Source: Eledone cirrhosa (taxonomy: Eukaryota). Taken from it: a DNA stretch of 64,000 bases. Below the pieces are notes generated by a model. It was not told where the DNA came from, made no database searches, and worked only from the letters and a program-made list of their open reading frames with translations. The translations under genes and the position numbers were made by a program. Shown here one piece after another: positions 1-14,841 of this stretch (its first letter is position 1; every line of letters starts with the position of its first letter). Where the stretch lies: NCBI GenBank assembly GCA_964016885.1, contig OZ024742.1, positions 190,340,001 through 190,404,000 on the forward strand, read 5' to 3'.

Positions 1-454
1 TATATTTTCTTATAAGTGTGTTCGTAAATTTATCAAATACAATACTTCTTTGATTCAATTAGCAGTTGTTGTAGAGTTAAATGCACCTGCAACTGGCTGC
101 TTGAATCGATAAATTAAGTTTTAATACTATTACTAAATTCATGTGTCTCTGCACTTACACAAATATATGTACATCATACACACTCATAGATAAATAATAC
201 ATACATACGAGCGTACATACATATGCACATACATACGTATATACATACGTATATACATATATATATACATACTTTCATATATACACACACATATATATAT
301 ATATATACATACATACATAATACATACATAATTACATACATACATAATTACATGCATACATAATTACATACATAAATACGTGCATACATACATAATTGCA
401 TACATAAATACGTATATACATACCTAATTACATACATAAAAACGTACATAATAC

Positions 455-1063
455 ATGGTGGCTGCCAACTCGTTTTCGAGTACGGCCACTACTTTATATC
501 CATGTAGGAGAACCCCTACCGATGCGCTGAACAAGTGTGACTTTTTAGTCCAGCCAGCGACTTGAAAACTCTGGTACAAACACTACACTTGTGACAATTA
601 TTGACACATAGTACTGGGCCCATGGTACCATGTGACGACAAGTGCAGAGAGATCTCCAGATATAAAGCAATGCCTGTGCCGTGAAGCTTTTATAGTGAGC
701 AAATACACTGCACAAAGCCAGTCCCACTATCTTAACCAAGATGATATTTACCAAAAAGAAGAACAAGTCAACATCATTGGATACCATCAGGGTTGCAGGT
801 GTTATATCAGAGTTTTCCTTCTCCTAGAATTCTGCCTTGACAAAGGCAAGTGGTCATCTCTCCCGGTGATTTTGGATGGCCATTGACTCTTAAGTGCTCC
901 TTTGCCCTTTGACAGGTTTTGTTGTTAGTCCTGCAGGATGTCCAAAGTCACCCTCCTCACCAAGAAACCTTAGTGGGGTGGCCAGTTTAGTCGCCTACGA
1001 CCCGACCATGAGACAGGTTGTACTGGGATACATGTTACCAGTAACACCAACTGGTGACCTGAC
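455..1063 (-). mobile_element. Non-autonomous bipartite RTE-derived retroelement (~610 bp), copy 1
   Basis: Reverse complement of 19185-19792 and same orientation as 43661-44268. Has an RTE-like 5' UTR (GGAGAAGGAAAACTCTGAT) and a C2H2 zinc-finger 3' end. Flanked by (TACA)n. Confidence 0.75.
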
Positions 1064-1295
1064 ATAATACATACATACATGAATACATACATACATAAAT
1101 ACGTACATACATGCATACATAAATACGTACATGATGGCTGCAGCTCGATTTCGATTTATGCCTTCACTTAAAAGTTAAACATGAGCATCACAGACGTTGC
1201 TTTTTTGTCCTGCCAGGGACTTGCCTGTGGCCAGCAATACCATGCATCGAAAAAAATGTCACGAATCAAACATGTCATGTATCATCTATCTATCA

Positions 1296-1380
<85 letters not shown>

Positions 1381-1381
<1 letters not shown>

Positions 1382-1894
1382 GAAGGAGAGGCGGTGTTTC
1401 TGTGCGTAATAGCCATGGTGAAAGAAGTTGTATGGTGGACGCGTCTGAAAGGACTGACGTCAGGCACCTTTCTCTCTGGTCAACAACTGGTCCATTTCTT
1501 CCGATATCATTTCGGAAGAAGGATCAGGATGGAGAGAGAGGTGCTCCACCCCAGTCGTTTTTATGAAAGGTGGGTGAAAGTGGCGAGAATGGCCCGTGTA
1601 AATGGGCCTTCTCTTTACATAAGCCTGTAGGTGGAAAAGAGGAAGGAACGAGGGAGCACCCCCTCTCTGTGCTCCTGAGGAAAAGGGTTGCACACTTTTT
1701 CGGGGGTGTGTGCGAACCCCCAAGGCGCCTCCTCTCTATTGAGGATTTTGTTATAAATTTTATTTTTTTGTTATATTTTATTTTATTTTTATACATTGTT
1801 ATTGCCTCCTCCTTATTGAGGACGCCTTTTTGTGTAACCCCCCCCCCTTTGTACTTGTCCCACTTTTGATGCCCTGGTGGCAAATAAAAGAAAC
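1381..1894 (+). mobile_element. 5'-truncated 3' end of Tx1/L1-clade LINE
   Basis: EGEAVFLCVIAMVKEVVWWTRLKGL...LYISL matches the C-terminus of ORF2 at 17648-18250. 3' UTR ends AATAAAAGAAAC, with (TATC)n on both sides. Confidence 0.9.
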
Positions 1895-1912
1895 ATATCT
1901 ATCTATCTATCA

Positions 1913-1957
<45 letters not shown>

Positions 1958-1958
<1 letters not shown>

Positions 1959-2236
1959 AAGGACGCGAGTGATTGGGTCTTCTCTGTTTATAAGCCTGTA
2001 GGTTGAAGAAGAGAGCAAAAGGAAGAAAGGAGCACTTGCACAACACGCTCCTGGAGTTGAGGGTTGTTCTATCGACGGGGTATTAAACAACCCATTTGAG
2101 GCGCCTCCCCCCTATTGGGGATTTCGAATGTTGTAATTGTTTTTTTTTATATTTTTTACACGACTGTATGTAAAATCCCCGGCATGTCTTTGTATTGTCC
2201 CCTTTTCTTGTGCGCCCTTGTGGCTAATAAACAAAT
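1958..2236 (+). mobile_element. Short 3' fragment of the same Tx1-clade LINE family
   Basis: Last ORF2 codons (ATAAGCCTGTAG) and a 3' UTR similar to 18240-18484. Preceded by (TATC)n. Confidence 0.8.
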
Positions 2237-2244
2237 ATATCTAT

Positions 2245-3624
2245 AAGGACCCGGCTACTGGAAGCTGAACTTGTCGTTACCGACATGCAGAGCCTACAGT
2301 AGACGGATTAGCACTTTAGTTAAACAGCACTTGACAGGGGCCATTGTCAACAACAGATGGTGGTACTCTCTCAAGAGGGCAGTTAGATTAGACTCGTTAG
2401 TTTTTAGTCAAGAATTAGCGTTAGATAGAAATAGAACCGAGAATGAACTGGTAGATAAAGTAGAAGAGGCAATTAGAAGTGGCAACGTAGCCAGCGTGCT
2501 AGCAACGAGAACGGCCTTGGACAAAGTTCTTCGACGCAAAGCACGAGGGCTGCGTTGTCAGAAGCAAAATACGTGCTCTGGGAAACGAGGGAGCCAAAGC
2601 TGTTAGCTGGGACCGAGTGACGGAGGCAAAAAGTGGCAACAAGTCCACGATTCGGTCTTTGAAGGACCAAAAGGAACGCGTGATACGTGAGCCGAAGCAG
2701 ATGTGTGCGGCCTTTCAGCGGCACTTTGCTCAACTGTTCGGGCAGGGCGGCGCGCCGGGAGGGGCTATGGATTTCGGTCCATACCTCGACGGCCTACCGC
2801 GACTCTCGGACAGCGAGGCGAAGTTCTGCGAAAGGCCGATTTCAGCCGCTGAGATAAGGGACGCGCTGAGCAAATGCGGCAAACGCAAATCTCCAGGTCT
2901 CGACGGTCTACCCTACGAATTTTACGTAGCAATGCCGGACTTATTCTCCGGTCTCCTGGAAGCGGTCTACTGCAACTGGCAACAGAACGGGAGAATTCCC
3001 AGTTCTGTGACCGGGGGCGTAGTCACACTAGTCAGGTAGGACGAGAATAAGGGGGATGACATAGGCAACTTCCAGCCCATAACTCTGATAAACACAGAGT
3101 TACATATTTTGGCCAAGGTGTTGGCAAAGAGGCTGGCGCTTATCGTCGAGAACCTGGTGGGAGAAGCGCAGACATGCGCAATCCCGACCAGGTCCATACA
3201 CGACAACCTCCACCTCATGCGATACATCATAGAGAGGGTAGGGTCTAAACCCGGCTTCGGTGGGGCCCTGATCAACTTTGACCAGTCTAAGGTTTTCGAT
3301 AGGTTTGACCATCGTTATCTGGATGCGGTGCTCGAGGCGGCAGGCTTCGGACCCGTGTTCAGGGGCTGGATTGCTGCAATGCACAACAGCAACATCTGCT
3401 CAAGGGTCAAGGTGAACGGCTACCTCTCGGAGTCGTTCCATATCACGCGATCCATTCGACAGGGATGCCCTCTCTCCCTCCTTCTGTACGTACTGACTCT
3501 CGAGCCACTACTGCGGGAGTTGGACCTATTGCAGGGCATCCCTCTGGAACCGGTACTGCAAAAAAGCGGCGTCGGCCTACGCCAACGACGTGACAGTGAT
3601 GGTGTCGAGCGCCTCGCAAATCGA
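2245..3624 (+). pseudogene. Internal ORF2 fragment (APE tail plus RT) of Tx1-clade LINE, disrupted
   Basis: PGYWKLN, KSPGLDGLPYEFY and SIRQGCPLS motifs; YADD mutated to YAND; near-identical to 15556-16933. Ends abruptly at the Penelope junction. Confidence 0.92.
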
Positions 3625-6599
<2,975 letters not shown>

Positions 6600-6723
6600 A
6601 AGAGGTGAGTTTTATTGTAGTACAATAAAGCAATGCAGATATCGGATAAGAAGCACTCTACAGTTTGTAGGACTGGAGTATACATAATATATAAGATCAA
6701 AAGATGGTTAAAAGAGTTCCATG

Positions 6724-6794
6724 TATTTTATTATGCGCATTTCAAAAACAAATATCATCATGCAATAACATTTGTGTTTTCATCAGATAAAATA
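6724..6794 (-). ncRNA. Minimal type I hammerhead ribozyme
   Basis: TATTTTAT-CTGATGA-long stem II-GAAA T GCGC A TA-ATAAAATA; 8-bp stem I and palindromic loop III. Confidence 0.85.
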
Positions 6795-6905
6795 GGAAGA
6801 CCTGTTATGAAGGTTAAAAAACACTTGTGGATAGTGCAGTTTTCATATGTTGATTTAAAACTGCACTATCCACAAGTGTTTTTTAACCTTCATATCATGT
6901 CTTCC

Positions 6906-6976
6906 TATTTTATCTGATGAAAACACAAATGTTATTGCATGATGATATTTGTTTTTGAAATGCGCATTATAAAATA
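6906..6976 (+). ncRNA. Minimal type I hammerhead ribozyme (inverted partner)
   Basis: TATTTTAT-CTGATGA-AAACACAAATGTTAT...ATATTTGTTTTT-GAAATGCGCATT-ATAAAATA. Confidence 0.82.
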
Positions 6977-7006
6977 CATGGAACTCTTTTAACCATCTTT
7001 TGATCT

Positions 7007-7061
<55 letters not shown>

Positions 7062-7065
7062 TATA

Positions 7066-7253
7066 CACTTCATTTCAAGTTGCTCAGTATACTCACCTGA
7101 AAATGAGTACCAGCAATAGCTGGGGATTTAACCCTGCGATGGACTGGCATCCAGTCCAGTGGGGAGTCTTCTATTCTCAGTTATTTCACGCCATGAAACC
7201 GGGATAAGCACCGGCCAAATGAGCCTTCTGGCTTAAGACAGACTTTAGACTTT
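7066..7253 (+). mobile_element. SINE fragment with V-SINE-like central domain
   Basis: AAATGAGTACCAGC..AACCCTGCGATGGACTGGCATCCAGTCCAG..GAAACCGGGATAAGC..CAGACTTTA resembles V-domain SINEs (from recall). Confidence 0.55.
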
Positions 7254-7352
7254 ATATATATAAAATCTAAAGTCTGTCTTAAGCCAGAAGGCTCAATATC
7301 TCTCTCTCTTTCTTTCTCTCTCTATCTCTCTGTATATATATATATATATATT

Positions 7353-7409
7353 TATTCCAGAATTAGCCGTCGAAACGGCTTGAGCTCAGCCGTCGGGGTC
7401 CTACTCGTT

Positions 7410-7464
<55 letters not shown>

Positions 7465-7660
7465 CGAAGGAAGAGTGGTAAGGAACCAGTTGGACCATAA
7501 CGCACCAGAGTACTCAATAATTAGGGTAGTAGAGTGGGTAATAGGAAAATGTTCAAGACCCGACGGCAGAGCTGAAGCCGTTTCGACGGGTATTTCAATT
7601 CAGAATAGCCGTCGAAACGGCTTCAGCTCTGCCGTCGGGGTCTTGAACATTTTCCTATAT
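7353..7660. mobile_element. Short PLE-derived fold-back elements (half-hammerhead palindrome family)
   Basis: GACCCCGACGGC..GCCGTTTCGACGG..CCGTCGAAACGGC..GCCGTCGGGGTC; related copies at 36615-36732, 44313-44512 and 50055-50205; TA or GA flanks. Confidence 0.7.
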
Positions 7661-8477
7661 ATATAGAGAGAGAGATAGATAGAGGGTAATGGATAGGGAG
7701 TAAGAAAGAAAGAGGGAGAAATGATCTTGGTACTGGACTATACTTTTTTACTCGCCTCGAATGGATGGAAGGAAAATTTAGACGCAGAACGCAAAGAGAC
7801 GGAATGAAAACCACAAATCATTCTACTGGACGTTCTAACGACTCGGCCAATACGCCGCCTAACAAAATAGTTAGCTCCACTGTCTTAAGGGTTAATTATG
7901 CTAATGAAATAATTACTATTATTGTTTCTGTTGTTGTTGACGTAGTTAGCCATAAATTAGAGTCACATTTTTTTCCTTTTCTTTTTCTAGCCTAGCTTCT
8001 TTCTTTCTTTTTCAAAATCTTGTGTCATAGTTTCTCTTCATCTTTCCTTCACCTTTAGTTTCTTTCTTCTCTCTTATTTTTTTCTACTTTTTTCCATTTT
8101 TAGTCAGTATTTCTTCTCTTTCATATACTCCTCCTCATCCTCCTCATCCTCACCCCCCTCCTCCTCCTTATTCCGACCCCCTCCCCTCACTTTCTCCTCT
8201 ATTTATTATCTCCCTTACCACTACTATCAGTTTGGTTGTCTACTGTAGTTGTGTTGTTGTTGTTGTTGTTGTTGTAGTAGCTTGTCTTTCCCTATTGCTC
8301 CACCGACCGTATCCCCTATAACCCTTCTCGTCCTCCGCCCCATCATCCTACTCTCTGCCACCACCCTCTTTAAATCAGCCACTCCTACCATCCCTCAACC
8401 TCTACCCTCATAAATATGATGGATGTATTGATGTTGCTGCAATAGACCATTAACTGGAAATAAAAGCCAATTTTCCA

Positions 8478-9151
8478 ATGGGTGTTGTCGCTGATGTTGT
8501 TGATGGCGTTGTTGTTGTTGTTGTTGTTGATGGCGTTGTTGTTGTTGTTGTTGTTGATGATGTTGTTGTTGTTGTTGTTGATGGCGTTGTTGTTGTTGTT
8601 GTTGTTGATGATGGTGTTGTTGTTGTTGTTGTTGATGGTGTTGTTGTTGTTGTTGATGGTGTTGTTGTTGTTGTTGATGGTGTTGTTGTTGTTGTTGTTG
8701 TTGATGGTGTTGTTGTTGTTGTTGTTGATGGTGTTGTTGTTGTTGTTGATGGCATTGTTGTTGTTGTTGATGGCGTTGTTGTTGTTGATGGCGTTGTTGT
8801 TGTTGATGGCGTTGTTGTTGATGGTGTTGTTATTGTTGTTGATGGTGTTGTTGTTGTTGTTGTTGATGGTGTTGTTGTTGTTGTTGTTGATGGTGTTGTT
8901 GATGGCGTTGTTGTTGTTGATGGTGTTGTTGTTGTTGTTGATGGTGTTGTTGATGGCGTTGTTGTTGTTGTTGTTGATGGTGTTGTTGTTGTTGTTGATG
9001 TTGATGGTGTTGTTGTTGTTGATGTTGATGGTGTTGTTGTTGTTGTTGGTGTTATTGTTGTTGATGTTGATGGTGTTGTTGTTGTTGTTGGTGTTATTGT
9101 TGAGGGTGTTGTTGTTCTTCTTGTTGTTGCTGTTGTTGTTGTTGTTGATGG

Positions 9152-9189
<38 letters not shown>

Positions 9190-9303
9190 GTGTTGTTGCT
9201 TTCGTGCTGTTTTTGCTATTGTTGCTGTTGACACTGTTGTTGTTGTTGCTTTCGTGCTATTGTTGTTGCTGCTCTAGTTGCTGCTGTTGTTTGTGCTGCT
9301 GCT
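8478..9303. repeat. Compound (GTT)n/GATGGT trinucleotide repeat
   Basis: Runs of GTT punctuated by GATGGY. Confidence 0.9.
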
Positions 9304-9763
9304 GAGATTGATATTGTTGTTATTTAGCCCAAGGCCAACCTTCGGGTGGTTGGACCCCCTCCGATGAGTGTTTACAGTTAAATTGTACGACGGAACAACC
9401 TTCTCGTGGAATCATGCAAGTGGGAACAGTGTTATTTGTTTTTGTTGTTGAGCCCACGTTATCCCTGTTTTATCAGATATATGGTCAAGATACGCTAGCC
9501 ATGGTTAACGTTCCATTTTCCCGGGAATAGTATATCTAGCACTACATTATTGGAAGTGTCCGCTTTTTTTTCATTCTTGTAGAACGTAATGTGAGTGAAA
9601 TTTAGTTGTTATTTCTAGCATGCATGGGCCCATAACTCCTAATAGGGTTGTAGGGGTTCCACAGTGATATACCATGTACACTGGACACTGGACATTTTAG
9701 GCGTGATGAAACCCATACTTCTCCAGGTCTGAAGACAGCCGTTATATTCTAGGGAAAGACATA

Positions 9764-9830
<67 letters not shown>

Positions 9831-9837
9831 AATAATA

Positions 9838-10010
9838 ATAATTGTTTCTACTTTAGGCACAAGGCCAGTAATTACCCAGTACATTAATGGTACTTTATTT
9901 TATCGACCCCGTAAGGATAAAAGGCAAAGTTAACCTTGACGGGATTTGAACTCAGATCGTAAAGGGACGTAACTATGTTAGAAAGCATGGTGTCCGACCC
10001 TCTACCGATA
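9838..10010 (-). mobile_element. tRNA-derived SINE (main family of this window)
   Basis: Reverse complement of the consensus with B box GAGTTCAAATCC, core GCCTTTCATCCTTACGGGGTCGATAAAATAAAGTACCAG and tail GTAGAAACAATTATT. Confidence 0.85.
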
Positions 10011-10468
10011 TTAAGGCTGAGCAGCCTAATTTGCATATCGAGTGAGTTAATCGGCCGGGGTACCGAAAACGATAAACGGAAAAAGTGAAACCGTTAATAT
10101 GCATAAGGAAAGTATATACTTTCAGACGTTCAATCATCTGGCAGGAAGGTATACGTTGCTGACGATAGCTAATAAGCTTGAAACTAGTACAGCGTTCCTT
10201 TGTCAGGGTTGAACAAATGAGCAACGATCGTTGCTAGACACTGTACGACTTAATTCTGGATGTTTGTTTACAAACACACCGAGCATTATAATAAATGTTC
10301 GGTGAATCCATACGTACATATATATATGTGTGCCTGTATGTATATATATATATATATACATACTACTGTATGTCTGTATACATATATGTATGTACGTATA
10401 CATACTTATATTTAAGTAACAGCCGTACTAAGAGTGAGAAATGAAATTTCGTTTCATTTTTTCCGTTT
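10010..10468 (+). mobile_element. Hammerhead-carrying non-coding repeat (PLE pLTR or retrozyme-like) with inverted 5' part
   Basis: Homologous to 62490-62927; 10010-10092 is the reverse complement of ~62489-62570. Confidence 0.75.
10154..10194 (+). ncRNA. Minimal type I hammerhead ribozyme
   Basis: CGTTG-CTGACGA-T AGCT AATA AGCT T-GAAA CTAG TA-CAGCG. Confidence 0.85.
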
Positions 10469-10473
10469 ATATA

Positions 10474-10515
<42 letters not shown>

Positions 10516-10714
10516 CGATCACAATACTGACTTGGTACTTTATTTATCGATCTTGAAATGCAAAGTTGATCTTATCGTAATATGAACCTAGAGAGCTGAA
10601 AGGAATACATCCAAGCATTCAATAGTGTAAAAGGTTACAACACACCACTCCCTTCCTTCTACACACCACCGCCGAAAAACCAGTATTACCACTCCCTGCC
10701 ATTAACGTCTGGTC

Positions 10715-12175
<1,461 letters not shown>

Positions 12176-12442
12176 TCTGTTCGTTGCTAATGGTTCTTAT
12201 TTTTTCCAACGCTATTTTGAAATAATTCAGTCACTTAGGCCTCGTGTCACGTACTTTAGACATTGAGGGAGAGGACAGAGCAGTCATGTCATCTTCCTTA
12301 AGTGATATATGTTTCATTATGTTTACACCAGGCAATATCTTATCTCTCACACACTCACACTCATTCTTTCTCTCTTACTCTATCTGACTATCTGTCTGTC
12401 TGTCTGTATGTATGTCTGTCTGTCTATCTATCTTTCGTAAAT

Positions 12443-12624
12443 AATTGTTTCTACTTTAGGCACAAGGCCAGCAATTAGCCAGTGCATTACTGGTACTTTA
12501 TTTTATCGACCCCGTAAGGATGAAAGGCAAAGTCAACCTCGGCGGGATTTGAACTCAGATCGTAAAGGGACGTAACTATGCTGGAAAGCATGGCGTCCGA
12601 CCCTCTACCGATACTGCCAATCCA
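12443..12624 (-). mobile_element. tRNA-derived SINE, full length, with target-site duplication
   Basis: A box TGGCAGTATCGG and B box on the minus strand; TCTTTCGTAAATAAT is duplicated on both sides. Confidence 0.9.
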
Positions 12625-12688
12625 TCTTTCGTAAATAATAAAGAAATATATCTATCAATCTATCTATCTGTCTACCTATTTATCTATG

Positions 12689-12719
<31 letters not shown>

Positions 12720-12950
12720 TTGGTTTTACTTGAGACGTGTGCCAGTTCGCTGGTAAGTTTTTGTTGATTTTCTAAGTAAGAAATTAAAAATTTATTGTTA
12801 AATTTATTACTATTTTATAGCTTGACCCCACGTCTGAACTTTCAGACGGTGGGTCAAGTCATCTTCACCTCTCCCTGGGGTGAAATTTTCGTTTTGAAAA
12901 AATTTCGCCGGTGAAAAAAAAAAAAGTGTAAACAAACCTTGCATTCAGTC

Positions 12951-14807
12951 ATGAACGCTGCGTTCATAACTAGAAGTGGTGGAGAGGCGGTAAGAATGTT
13001 AAGCTCGCAGTCACCTCCTCTCACCACCTCATTGAAAGACATCGAAAATGTCGTCAGTTTTGAAAACCCGATGTCGGACGTTGATTGTAACATCAACACT
13101 AACACAAACACCAATAACATGCAAAATATAAACAACACCAACCAGAACAACAACAACAACAACAATAATGACAACAAGAACAACAACAGCAACAATGATA
13201 ACAACAACACCACCAACAACAACAGCAACACGAACAACTCCACGAACAAGGAAAAGATTTCTTTTGCTCAAACCGTCCAAAAGACGGAACTGTTCACATA
13301 CCTTGACATTTCCAATGCTAGGGAAGTGTTAAGCGATGCAAAACAGTACGTAACTTTTGATGAGAGTGGTGCTTTCAGCATCACTTCTCCTCAACAGTTA
13401 CGCAGAGAAACTGTTCTAAAAACAGTAATTTAGGACGTTTTCAAATGTGTCGAAAAAACCAGTTCAGTTATCCCAAAACGATATTGAACTGGTTCTGAAG
13501 AATTTCATGAAGGATATTGCCTTCATCCAAAAAGGGAAACTTTTTGGAAGCATTTCGGTGTTGTTGAAAGACCAATTGACAGCACAAAAATATTCTGTAT
13601 CGCCGATTGTGTCCCCCCTTTACACCTTTTTCCCCACATATATGGGAAAAAGAACCCCCAAAATAAAAATGTTGTACATTGCACCAAATGTAAACGTCTG
13701 GTGGATTCTAACTGACTTCATCGATTTCAACGAAGACACCATCATTTCGGTGGGAAAGTCCTCCAGAGGCACATTCAATGGTACAAGCATGGAAGTTCTG
13801 GTCCAAATGAGGCCAGAACGGATAGCTAAAATACCCCAACGTGAGCCTCTGGATGGAATTTCAAACATAAAAATTTCTGTTGAGGGTAGGCGGCTTTCAT
13901 GTTACCACTGTTTAAGCAGCGGTCACCTGAAGGCTTACTGTCCTCAGTTAACTAAAAAAAAAGAGGCACTACTGCCAACACCCAAAACAACAACACAACC
14001 GCCACCACCACCACCACTACAACAACAACAACAACACGCAAACACAACCAAAACAAGAACAACAAACCAACCTGCAAGCACAGTCCCACCCAACCCCACT
14101 CCACCTAAAACCACTGCAAAAACACCCACAACACAACAGCTCCCCAAAACATACCCCCTCCAAATAACACAGACACCACAATGGACAAGGCCCCCACATC
14201 ATCACCAAGTGATGATGAGGGAGAGCCTCTCCGTTCGAAAAGAAAAGAAAAGACACCACAAGAACAAAAAAACAACAAACATCACTACAAACATACAACC
14301 ACCAACACAAACAACACAAACATTACAAACAAAAACCCCCGTCCCGAAAACTAAACCACGACATCACTCCAAACACAAACACCTACAACAAAACGAAAGC
14401 TCCCACAAGAACAACAGACAAAAACCACCGCAACACAACAAGAACATTACATATACATAAACAGTAAAAACAAAACTTTAATGGAGGTCATCTCCAATGA
14501 CCCTTCGGTGAAAACCGAAGGGAAAACTTTTTCGAACTGTGTCGACAAACCTAATTTAAAGATGATTAGGGTCCCTACGGACACCTATAAGTCTTTAAAG
14601 GAAAACTTTCCTAAGGACGTGGGTAATCCTTGTGTTAAACCCATTAACCGCGTCCTTTTAAAAAGTTTCCCCACACTCACCCCAGACACCCCCACCCCAC
14701 CAAACATCTCCGTCCCCACCCCGCCGGAAACCACCACCCACCCAGACAACTCCTCTAACACCCCCATGGAAACCGTGCGGCCTGATCCCCGGGAGACGAA
14801 GAGGTGA
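12951..14807 (+). pseudogene. LINE ORF1 (nucleic-acid-binding protein, CCHC knuckle), interrupted
   Basis: ISVEGRRLSCYHCLSSGHLKAYCP knuckle; Asn- and Thr/Pro-rich tracts; stop at 13431 and frameshifts. Confidence 0.8.
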
Positions 14808-14841
14808 GTGTTTTCTTCTCTTTTAACTTTTCAGAACCAAC

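Larger units (their letters stand above)
6682..7020. repeat. ~340-bp near-perfect palindrome (inverted PLE pseudo-LTR)
   Basis: Arms ~6682-6843 and ~6857-7020 are reverse complements; an extra tail lies left of the left arm; (TA)n flanks. Confidence 0.9.

Noticed and set aside
545-886. Recurring ~80-aa ORFs (MVSNDVDLFFFL.. and antisense) also at 19.4 kb and 43.8 kb
   Set aside because: They recur only because the RTE-derived repeat recurs; only the terminal zinc-finger frame is recognisable.
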